A DNA stretch of 63,976 nt from a virus: positions 1-63,976 of the IMG/VR virus record IMGVR_UViG_3300027740_000001; one strand, written 5' to 3'. Positions 26,118 to 32,886 of this stretch are shown here, in pieces (the first letter of the stretch is position 1; every line of letters starts with the position of its first letter). Position numbers and translations under genes: made by a program. A model generated the notes under the pieces. It did not search any database, was not told where the DNA came from, and saw nothing but the letters and a program-made list of their open reading frames with translations.

Positions 26118-26265
26118 TTTTTTTCCTCTTATTTTTTTATCAAGCTCTTCCTCTTCGTCCCATCCACAATTATCACAACGGTAGTTTCCACGTTGTATCC
26201 CAACTCCAATATCAACTTCTTCATAACTTAATGTGGAATTACATTTTGGGCAGGTTCGTTCTTGT

Positions 26266-26421
26266 TCATTTATGGGGTCTCCTTCTCTTCTTAAGGATTT
26301 TTAAACAATTCTTACAGGTGACTTTTTTATTAAATACAACAACTTGATCTGGAAATAACGTTAAACCACAAATCGTATCTCCCATATAATAAAACTTTCC
26401 AAGTCTTTTATGCAGTTTCAT
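26266..26421 (-). CDS. Small basic protein (51 aa) with C..CxxC
   Basis: Manually found ORF: ATG at 26421 after AGGAGGGAAG, stop TGA at 26266..26268. Confidence 0.5.
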   Translation of the reverse strand: MKLHKRLGKFYYMGDTICGLTLFPDQVVVFNKKVTCKNCLKILKKRRRPHK

Positions 26422-26437
26422 CTTCCCTCCTTAGATG

Positions 26438-26463
26438 GATGGGTGCCCGCCATCTCACCCTGG
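26438..26463. repeat. Copy 1 of a 26-nt perfect direct repeat GATGGGTGCCCGCCATCTCACCCTGG
   Basis: It is identical to 28931..28956. Counting flanks, the match is 33 nt with 2 mismatches. GATGGATGGGTG recurs at 26434 and 28967. Confidence 0.9.
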
Positions 26464-26497
26464 GCGTTATAATAATCTTTTTAGATTATCCTTTATT

Positions 26498-26653
26498 TTA
26501 ACCTCTGTAAATTTTTTTAGTGCAATCAAAAGATCCCCAACCTTCTCCAACGACGGCTCCAAAAGATGATGATTCTTTGAATCGGCCCCGAATCGGATTC
26601 CATGTATGCGATATCCATGGATACATTTGGCCCTTCGATTTATTTAGTCCCAT
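26498..26653 (-). CDS. Small protein (51 aa); the N-terminus resembles the start of larger phage enzymes, so it may be a truncated remnant
   Basis: Manually found ORF: ATG at 26653 after GGAGG. The product is MGLNKSKGQMYPWISHTWNPIRG.. and then loses the expected Cys motif. Confidence 0.4.
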   Translation of the reverse strand: MGLNKSKGQMYPWISHTWNPIRGRFKESSSFGAVVGEGWGSFDCTKKIYRG

Positions 26654-26666
26654 TATTTTCCTCCGA

Positions 26667-26969
26667 TTAATATATTATTTTTACCCTAAAAAATGATTTT
26701 CTTATCATTTCTAAAATCTTTGTCCAACCGATTCGCGCCACAATGACCGCGCCATCGACTTCCATCCGGTAACAATCTATTCTTGTGGTTCTAAATAGAT
26801 TAATCTCATGGCGGACCAGGCCGAAATCGAAATCCTCTATGATAATCCGCCTCCTGCATTCGGGCAGATTGTGAGGATAATCAGGGGCCGGGCCTTCCTC
26901 TATCTGCCTCAGTTTTGCCGCCCGCATAGCATTATATTTTCGACTGCCATTTTGTCGCCTTCGGTACAT
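26667..26969 (-). CDS. Hypothetical protein (100 aa)
   Basis: ORF-track ORF in a co-directional string. Confidence 0.55.
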   Translation of the reverse strand: MYRRRQNGSRKYNAMRAAKLRQIEEGPAPDYPHNLPECRRRIIIEDFDFGLVRHEINLFRTTRIDCYRMEVDGAVIVARIGWTKILEMIRKSFFRVKIIY

Positions 26970-27000
26970 CCCTACCTTGCAAGCTCCGTATATTCAGTTG

Positions 27001-27177
27001 TTATGCATTATGATTAGACAATTTCCCATTGGTGGCTCGTACTCGCAGCAACTTGGGGTTATCCTTCCGAATGTGCCAGGGTTTACCTTTATTGGGACAA
27101 TCTTTGTATACGGGCCGCCGATCAAATCTACTCGTCCCATTCGATATTAATGGAGTCAGACAATATGAACATTTCAT
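27001..27177 (-). CDS. Small Cys-containing protein (58 aa)
   Basis: ATG at 27177 follows GGTGGAGG. The product starts MKCSYC. Confidence 0.5.
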   Translation of the reverse strand: MKCSYCLTPLISNGTSRFDRRPVYKDCPNKGKPWHIRKDNPKLLRVRATNGKLSNHNA

Positions 27178-27280
27178 CAATGAACCTCCACCAAAAAGCA
27201 TAACAACCGGCTGGACACCGACTGGTGATAGCTCGGTTGGCTAAAGGTTATTGTCGTGCCCCAGCGGGTCAGCCGGAGCG

Positions 27281-27460
27281 TTATGCGAATAAAAACTGGT
27301 TCCCATGTGCTTCTTCCGCATGTTTGCCAAGTTTCTCAAGGATTTCATCCCAATCTTTTCCTTCAACCTGAAAGCCACAAAATCTACAATAAGCTTTGCC
27401 CTCTTCAGCAATTTGATAAAGTGTTTCTTTCATAATTTTAAGCAAATCATCATTTCGCAT
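27281..27460 (-). CDS. CxxC..H..H zinc-finger miniprotein (59 aa), paralog of the C-terminus of 25261..25680
   Basis: ETLYQIAEEGKAYCRFCGFQVEGKDWDEILEKLGKHAEEAH aligns with the C-terminal module of the 139-aa protein. Confidence 0.6.
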   Translation of the reverse strand: MRNDDLLKIMKETLYQIAEEGKAYCRFCGFQVEGKDWDEILEKLGKHAEEAHGNQFLFA

Positions 27461-27576
27461 AACCAATCACTGGAGTTGACGGCCAATAGAACAGGATTCC
27501 CCCACCTCACCTGCCCCGTATCACTCTGATGAGCGTAGACTTGCCTACCCTCCATTGGCCGCAACTCACTTTGTCG
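27461..27576 (-). promoter_or_regulatory. Structured G+C-rich intergenic element A (homologous to element C at 29573..29669)
   Basis: The shared ends are AATCACTGGrGTTkACnnCCAAT and CATTGG(G)CCGCAAyTC. An 8-bp helix pairs CGGCCAAT (27480..27487) with ATTGGCCG (27554..27561). Confidence 0.5.
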
Positions 27577-27891
27577 TTATGCAACTTTAATTCTGGAATC
27601 TCTGGAGATTGCTTGATGATAAGCCTCCACCATCTCTGCTACATTGCGATCAACTCGGGCACACATGGAAACACAATTGAAATCAAAAAAAACTGTCATA
27701 TCCAAGTGTCGTGCTATTCTCAATGCCTCCTTACAAGCATGTTCAATATCCTCGCCAGGTTCAGCTTTTACTCCTTCGATCCACATATAGTGCCTCCTAA
27801 AAAGATGATTAAGAACTGCATAACAATCGCTTCGAGAGGGACGCATGATAGCTTGGTGTTCTTCATGGCATTCTGTGCCTGCGCCCCTCAA
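27577..27891 (-). CDS. Hypothetical protein (up to 104 aa; start uncertain)
   Basis: ORF-track ORF with a TTG start. An internal ATG at 27846 is an alternative start. Confidence 0.5.
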   Translation of the reverse strand: MRGAGTECHEEHQAIMRPSRSDCYAVLNHLFRRHYMWIEGVKAEPGEDIEHACKEALRIARHLDMTVFFDFNCVSMCARVDRNVAEMVEAYHQAISRDSRIKVA

Positions 27892-27901
27892 ACTGATCGT
27901 T

Positions 27902-28123
27902 CTACGATTTAAACCATTGAAGCTTATAACCGCAATTATGACAGTATTTCTGGTTTCTCACTCCCGTTCCACAATGATAGCAATAAGATCTTTTTTTATT
28001 AATATTACCAGCGGAGTCTATTGAACAGCGTACCTCTACACCAGGCCAAAAAACTCGTAGAACAAGTCGCTGGAGCCGATGCGAAATAGCTTCGATAGTT
28101 TTATTTTTAATTCTGTAGCGCAC
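27902..28123 (-). CDS. Double zinc-ribbon protein (73 aa)
   Basis: It contains CYHCG and YCHNCG. Confidence 0.55.
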   Translation of the reverse strand: MRYRIKNKTIEAISHRLQRLVLRVFWPGVEVRCSIDSAGNINKKRSYCYHCGTGVRNQKYCHNCGYKLQWFKS

Positions 28124-28138
28124 GGCTCACCTCAGTCA

Positions 28139-28303
28139 TTATACTTCATTAGAAATTTCCCGTAGTAATGTGAGTGCTCGGTCAATGTCTTCACTTCCAA
28201 TTGCACCCATGTGGTGCTTATTGTCTTGAACATGAGGGCCAGAAAGTAAGTCTATTATGCTTTTTATGTCTTCTGCTAATTTTTTAACTTGTTCGTTATC
28301 CAT
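28139..28303 (-). CDS. Small helical protein (54 aa)
   Basis: ATG at 28303 lies 6 nt after AGGAGG. Confidence 0.5.
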   Translation of the reverse strand: MDNEQVKKLAEDIKSIIDLLSGPHVQDNKHHMGAIGSEDIDRALTLLREISNEV

Positions 28304-28406
28304 TGTTTGCCTCCTGAATTTTAATAAAAAGTATAACCTATCACTCAACCGGACGGTTAAGGGCTGTCACGGGTTCATTGGCGGTAGCCCGCCGGTTAGT
28401 TTTGTG

Positions 28407-28718
28407 TTAGCACCACTTCTTGTCATGTGCCTCTATTGCTGCAACTGCAAGTGCAGCAACCTTCACCATATTTTCGCGGAAATTCTGCACATCTCTTTCG
28501 TTTCTGGCACATTTGTCGGCTGCTCGTCCAAGATATGCGCTTATATACGCTACCCAGTCGTTCCTGGTATTTTTCTGGTCAAAAATATTTGTGTCACCAC
28601 CATGCTTACATTGCGCAACCTGTCGTATTCTTTCATTCAGAACATCTTCCATGGCTTGATCCGTAAATTCACCGTCCCTTGCCGATTGTTCATAATCTTC
28701 CTTTGTCCGGTTTTCCAT
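28407..28718 (-). CDS. All-alpha hypothetical protein (103 aa)
   Basis: ATG follows AAGGAGG. It has the conserved-looking helices ERIRQVAQ..WVAYISAYLGRAA..MVKVAALAVAAIEAHD. The family was not identified. Confidence 0.6.
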   Translation of the reverse strand: MENRTKEDYEQSARDGEFTDQAMEDVLNERIRQVAQCKHGGDTNIFDQKNTRNDWVAYISAYLGRAADKCARNERDVQNFRENMVKVAALAVAAIEAHDKKWC

Positions 28719-28767
28719 TATGATACCTCCTTAAAAATTTGTGCTAACCAGCGGGTCGAGGCGAGCG

Positions 28768-28911
28768 TCAATGTCCCGCTGTAATAAGTTCCTTCTTGCC
28801 ACACTTGGGACAGATAAACCATTCCTTTTGTTCTGCCGTCCCCAATGCTGGAAAGTTAATCCAATAAATCATAACCATTCCACAATTAGAACATCTCCTT
28901 AGTGCTTCCAT
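28768..28911 (-). CDS. Zinc-ribbon miniprotein (47 aa)
   Basis: Manually found ORF: ATG at 28911, containing CSNCG...CPKCG. Confidence 0.45.
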   Translation of the reverse strand: MEALRRCSNCGMVMIYWINFPALGTAEQKEWFICPKCGKKELITAGH

Positions 28912-28930
28912 ATCTTCTACCTAATGGTCA

Positions 28931-28956
28931 GATGGGTGCCCGCCATCTCACCCTGG
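28931..28956. repeat. Copy 2 of the 26-nt perfect direct repeat
   Basis: It is identical to 26438..26463. Like copy 1, it lies 17-20 nt upstream (minus sense) of a small-gene ATG. Confidence 0.9.
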
Positions 28957-29161
28957 ATGTTATATGGGATGGATGGGTGAGCAGGATTCCCCACCCTGCA
29001 CCTATAGACGGTTTTCGCAGTGAGTTTCCACCTGTCAGGGTTGGTGTTGCTCTCACCGTCCCGACCACTCAAAACCTCACCCATTATTGGGATAGCCTTA
29101 CCTGACACTGACATGCCATCACCCATCCCATTATCAATGCAAAATTGCCTGTTAATCAATA

Positions 29162-29316
29162 GTTAGCACTCACGGGAAAAGTGGAGGAGTCTCATGCAGA
29201 AACATATGCTTGCCTTTCTTGGGGGAATATCCCTCGTGAGTATTCGTTCCGGACCTACGACCCACTTGCAAGTCACTACACTTCTACACTCCACGACTCC
29301 TCCCGTCAGTGCTAAC
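29162..29316. ncRNA. 155-nt imperfect long hairpin (structured RNA or MITE-like element candidate)
   Basis: GTTAGCACTCACGGG (29162..29176) pairs with CCCGTCAGTGCTAAC (29302..29316) in 14 of 15 positions. This stacks on GGAGGAGTC (29083+100: 29183..29191) pairing with GACTCCTCC (29295..29303). No credible ORF is present. Confidence 0.4.
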
Positions 29317-29370
29317 CATTCACTGAAGTCCGACCGTCAAAAGACGGCGGCTTAGTTTAAATGTTATCCG

Positions 29371-29572
29371 TCAACCCCAAACATGTACGCCACTCGGTTT
29401 ATCGTAAACTTCATCTGGAGTGCCACTAATATCATTAGCGAGAGTCTTTTTTTTCATAATCCTCTGCATCACGAATAATAACTTTTCTGGCTTCATTTTC
29501 ATTCTTAGCTAACGCAACAGCTATTCCAGGCATGTAATCACTCAATACGTTTCTCCATACGAACATTTTCAT
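29371..29572 (-). pseudogene. Small gene interrupted at an A8 run (45-aa ORF that continues in another frame)
   Basis: The ATG at 29572 follows GGAGG, and the ORF stops at 29435..29437. Removing one A from the run at 29447..29454 gives ..EDYEKKTLANDISGTPDEVYDKPSGVHVWG with a stop at 29371..29373. Confidence 0.5.
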
Positions 29573-29669
29573 ATCAACCTCCATGTGGCGGATAATAAAT
29601 CACTGGGGTTTACAACCAATGTACCAGTGTTCCGGGTTAAAGGGATGATACCCATCATTGGGCCGCAAT
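29573..29669 (-). promoter_or_regulatory. Structured intergenic element C (homolog of element A)
   Basis: Both ends are shared with 27461..27576. Internal helices pair CACTGG (29601..29606) with CCAGTG (29624..29629), and ATGAT with ATCAT (29644..29657). Confidence 0.5.
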
Positions 29670-30071
29670 CTATGCATAATCTTCCACCATAAACAATCTA
29701 CCCTCACCCGATAGTTCTCTATATTTATCTATCAACTTTTGAGCATGGTAACCAGGCAGGTTTCTTCTTGGGATAAACCCATCCGGTGTCATTACGTGTC
29801 GATCAATAGTTATATACACACCCTCTGATGGAGAAATTTTCATAGTGTCCTGGTCAATGGTAACATCACGTTTAGGTAGGCCCCTAACCCACCCCTCTTC
29901 ATCCATTAACAATATTGTTCCGGCAATCATTGAACACATATCATTATCTGGTATGCTACGCAAAAACATATCAACCGTCATGTGTGGACCTATTGCATCT
30001 ATTAAGATAGCGGCCTGACCACGCTGTAGGTGTTTGGGCTGAACTTGATCACTGGATTCTACGTAGCTCAT
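29670..30071 (-). CDS. Hypothetical protein (133 aa)
   Basis: ATG at 30071 follows GGAGCGAGG. Confidence 0.6.
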   Translation of the reverse strand: MSYVESSDQVQPKHLQRGQAAILIDAIGPHMTVDMFLRSIPDNDMCSMIAGTILLMDEEGWVRGLPKRDVTIDQDTMKISPSEGVYITIDRHVMTPDGFIPRRNLPGYHAQKLIDKYRELSGEGRLFMVEDYA

Positions 30072-30198
30072 TAGTACCTCGCTCCACACTTACATTTACG
30101 TACCCACCTATCACCAACCTTAACCGCTCCACGGTTCATGGTCAGACAATGGTGGCATACCCACAGAAAGGGCTTTCGTTTCACAACATGTTTCACGT

Positions 30199-30591
30199 TT
30201 ATACTTTAATTTCCCCTATAAGTTCTACGCTGTCAACGAGAATGGTTCCCGGTGGGGTTGGTAAGTACGGTAAGTGGTCAGCAACACTTCCACTTTTCCA
30301 GAAAACAACAAAACACTCCCTACGTGAATCGCTTGCAATGCGTGTTGGCGGGACGGTTGGGTTTGTACATGTGCACAAAAATATACTATTCATCACACAA
30401 ATACAGAAGTCTTTTGCCTCCTCCAGTGACTCGAACACAAATAGTTTACTCCCTGGAATGTCTGCCCTTGGGAGCGTAACGGTTCCAATGGAATAATAAA
30501 CGGGTGCCGTTAAAAATGCAGATGTGTACACCCCTAATGGATTATGGTCTCTTACTACCTTAAAGAAATACCTTCTATTCCTTATGTCCAT
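30199..30591 (-). CDS. Hypothetical protein (130 aa)
   Basis: ORF-track ORF in a co-directional string. Confidence 0.55.
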   Translation of the reverse strand: MDIRNRRYFFKVVRDHNPLGVYTSAFLTAPVYYSIGTVTLPRADIPGSKLFVFESLEEAKDFCICVMNSIFLCTCTNPTVPPTRIASDSRRECFVVFWKSGSVADHLPYLPTPPGTILVDSVELIGEIKV

Positions 30592-30611
30592 GCCGTAACC
30601 TCCATATGGTT

Positions 30612-30848
30612 TTAAGCTTCATCTCCATTTACATTTTCAACCGCTTCCTGCTTATTTTTTAACCTCTTATTTCTATTCCTAAACGCCAGGAAATATTCTA
30701 CCGATGGTTCACACGTACACACCGGCACCTCCCCACCTTCGTCCAGATATCCACACCCCATCTTTCTACACACCTCAACCGATCTCTTCTGGTTGACGGC
30801 TGGGGATCTCTTGTCTGGCTTGAGGAAACAGAACAGGTACGTGCTCAT
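30612..30848 (-). CDS. Small Cys-containing protein (78 aa)
   Basis: ORF-track ORF whose start overlaps the upstream stop. Confidence 0.55.
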   Translation of the reverse strand: MSTYLFCFLKPDKRSPAVNQKRSVEVCRKMGCGYLDEGGEVPVCTCEPSVEYFLAFRNRNKRLKNKQEAVENVNGDEA

Positions 30849-31129
30849 TTGTACCTCCTGCTCCAGGTGCCGAAACTGTTTGGCCGATCCTGGATGATGT
30901 AGTCAGGAGTCTTTATTACAATACGTAGACCCATTCCGCCGGGTATTAGGCCCTCAAGAAACTCTTGGCTGTAATCCTTAGCGCTGAACACCTTAACCTG
31001 TGAGCTTAGGGACTCCAGAACATTCCTCTCATACGCTGTAAGCTTACGTATAATCTCGTGGCTTTCACGTTCACCGATTATCTCGTCACCATCTTCGATA
31101 TTTTCACTATCCATTAATTCATGTTTCAT
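30845..31129 (-). CDS. Acidic hypothetical protein (94 aa)
   Basis: ATG at 31129 follows GGGGGTG. Confidence 0.55.
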   Translation of the reverse strand: MKHELMDSENIEDGDEIIGERESHEIIRKLTAYERNVLESLSSQVKVFSAKDYSQEFLEGLIPGGMGLRIVIKTPDYIIQDRPNSFGTWSRRYK

Positions 31130-31152
31130 ATTACACCCCCGCGAATGAAATG

Positions 31153-31377
31153 TCAACCATTATTATTGGGTTCTGATATCCATTTCGAACCACAAACATC
31201 ACATACCTTTTCAGATGAATCATCCATAAGTCTTTCGTATTTCTTTCCCAGGTTAAACGCTTCCCAGATAGTTATACAAAATGGATGAAACTCTACCGGA
31301 AGCTTTTCCGGGGTGGAAAGGTGTGCCATCTTGACTAAGATTTCTATTGACCTTGTGTATTTGTCGTTATCCATCAT
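31153..31377 (-). CDS. Hypothetical protein (74 aa)
   Basis: ORF-track ORF with GGGAGG upstream. Confidence 0.55.
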   Translation of the reverse strand: MMDNDKYTRSIEILVKMAHLSTPEKLPVEFHPFCITIWEAFNLGKKYERLMDDSSEKVCDVCGSKWISEPNNNG

Positions 31378-31513
31378 TACCTCCCATTCGGTTAGTGTTC
31401 AGCTTCCTACTCCACCACTCCACATTTCCACCCTTAATAACCGGGTAGTTATCCCTCCCCAACCGTTCTTGTGCAAACGTGAACGCTTCTTCAATCGTGG
31501 GGAATTCTACCAT
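31367..31513 (-). CDS. Small protein (48 aa)
   Basis: Manually found ORF filling a gap: ATG at 31513, with the stop overlapping the next start. The SD is weak. Confidence 0.3.
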   Translation of the reverse strand: MVEFPTIEEAFTFAQERLGRDNYPVIKGGNVEWWSRKLNTNRMGGNDG

Positions 31514-31576
31514 CAACCCAGCTACGTTCACCCGGTTAGTTAATACCCCTATCGTAACTTCTAAACATACGTTTTA

Positions 31577-31771
31577 TCATGACGTTTGGCCTCCATTTCC
31601 AATCGTATTGTTATCAACGTGCCCACACGTCCACATATCGCTCCCAAGGTATCGGCACCCACACTTATCAGGATCATGTTCACCTACCCACCGATCTGGC
31701 CAGGGTATGCTATGAATAACTTCTAAATAACGCTGAAGGGCACGAAAAGCCAGGGCACGTGTCAACCCCAT
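31577..31771 (-). CDS. Hypothetical protein (64 aa)
   Basis: ORF-track ORF that overlaps the 3' end of the upstream ORF by 62 nt. The true start, or a frame relationship between the two, is uncertain. Confidence 0.4.
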   Translation of the reverse strand: MGLTRALAFRALQRYLEVIHSIPWPDRWVGEHDPDKCGCRYLGSDMWTCGHVDNNTIGNGGQTS

Positions 31772-31895
31772 GCAACTTTACAATAGCCCCCGTGGAAGGG
31801 ATCCTGGCGTATGCGTACCAATTTCCATCCTTCAATCTCCGGGCATGAACCCAGGATACCTGGGGTAATACCTGCTTGAACAGCTTACCTGACAT
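31710..31895 (-). CDS. Hypothetical protein (61 aa)
   Basis: ATG at 31895; the product starts MSGKLFKQ. Confidence 0.45.
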   Translation of the reverse strand: MSGKLFKQVLPQVSWVHARRLKDGNWYAYARIPSTGAIVKLHGVDTCPGFSCPSALFRSYS

Positions 31896-31907
31896 TTTGT
31901 CACCCAC

Positions 31908-32057
31908 TTAAATCGGTATCACCGGCAACATCTTCAACCGCATCTCCATCTGTACCCTCATAACGTGTTGACCGTACAAGACTGAGCACACCAGGGCCCC
32001 AACACCCAGGATGATACCTACAAGCACACCGATCAGAAACCAGGATCGACTGGTCAT
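31908..32057 (-). CDS. Single-pass membrane miniprotein (49 aa)
   Basis: Manually found ORF: ATG at 32057 in an ATGA overlap with the upstream stop, with the TM stretch WFLIGVLVGIILGVGALVCSVL. It is preferred over the 64-aa track ORF in another frame. Confidence 0.45.
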   Translation of the reverse strand: MTSRSWFLIGVLVGIILGVGALVCSVLYGQHVMRVQMEMRLKMLPVIPI

Positions 32058-32230
32058 TTAAACATCTCCAACCTGGTATTATGCCCAAGTACATTCTTCA
32101 CGTACGCCATGTATCGGTATGCACCCCTGGTCCCATTTAATTCGTGGAACCATGCACACCCCCCAGTGTTTAGATCAACAACGCAGTACGGTTCTGTTCC
32201 ATCGATGATTGTGAATGTTGTGTTTGTCAT
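32054..32230 (-). CDS. Hypothetical protein (58 aa)
   Basis: ATG at 32230 follows GAGGG. Confidence 0.5.
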   Translation of the reverse strand: MTNTTFTIIDGTEPYCVVDLNTGGCAWFHELNGTRGAYRYMAYVKNVLGHNTRLEMFK

Positions 32231-32250
32231 GTTATCCCTCATGCTTACGT

Positions 32251-32544
32251 TTAGATTTTAACTTTCCTTACGATTGTAGCCATCTTTGACCTGATGCTGC
32301 TCCAATTATGCTCCATATTCATCTGAAAGGATATTTCAGCTTCGTACCGATGAACAATTTGGTTACCGCGCTTACCCAGGTAGCGGGAATACCCGTACAA
32401 TCCTAAAATAATCGCATTGGTTGCACAAAACGGACATTCATCATTTTTTAAATTCTCTAATATTACCCTTTTGGTAATGGCCTTTTTTTTCAAAAAGAAC
32501 TTCACGTGCCTCTCAAAGTTTTTTAGAAAAGTTTTGTCAGTCAT
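32251..32544 (-). CDS. Hypothetical basic protein (97 aa)
   Basis: ORF-track ORF. Confidence 0.55.
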   Translation of the reverse strand: MTDKTFLKNFERHVKFFLKKKAITKRVILENLKNDECPFCATNAIILGLYGYSRYLGKRGNQIVHRYEAEISFQMNMEHNWSSIRSKMATIVRKVKI

Positions 32545-32598
32545 GATACTTGTCTCCTCTCTATAAATATTATGTTTGTCATGTTATTTATACTTAGG

Positions 32599-32814
32599 TT
32601 AGGATTGGTCACCCAACTGATTGTCTATCTCACCCATTACCCTGTATGCCATCTCCCTTCTCTTCTCATCAAGGGAATGATTCCCGTGATTAAGATCCCC
32701 ATCTTCTCCGGGAGCGAACATATAATACGTATCCCAAAAATCAAGAGAAGATTGTAGGCCACGCCTAACCGCCTTAGCTTCTGGAACCGTCAATGTTAAA
32801 TTTACCTTCTTCAT
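32599..32814 (-). CDS. Hypothetical protein (71 aa)
   Basis: ORF-track ORF with GGGGAGG upstream. Confidence 0.55.
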   Translation of the reverse strand: MKKVNLTLTVPEAKAVRRGLQSSLDFWDTYYMFAPGEDGDLNHGNHSLDEKRREMAYRVMGEIDNQLGDQS

Positions 32815-32886
32815 TGTGTATTACCTCCCCTTACCATTATTATGTTTATATCACCTTCAATAATAGATTATTTTTTCAATAATAGA

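Noticed and set aside
27521-27540. CTGATGAG, the hammerhead-ribozyme core word, inside element A
   Set aside because: No GAAA box, no cleavage-site triplet and no matching stems I-III could be built around it on either strand.
28902-29159. ORFs 28902..29105 (+) and 28917..29159 (-, TTG start)
   Set aside because: They have no SD, atypical composition and overlap repeats and long-range helices. I treat the region as non-coding, though a real gene destroyed by errors cannot be excluded.
26420-29700. Integron-like cassette array (small same-direction ORFs separated by palindromic elements; GTTAGCAC/GTGCTAAC words resemble attC core sites)
   Set aside because: The words do not fit GTTRRRY/RYYYAAC. 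The only recombinase is convergent rather than divergent to the array and lacks the IntI-specific extra domain length. There is no attI or Pc arrangement.
31900-32094. 64-aa track ORF (MYLGIIPGWRC...)
   Set aside because: Another frame on the same strand gives a 49-aa single-pass membrane protein whose ATG overlaps the upstream stop as ATGA. I judged that the better gene model.
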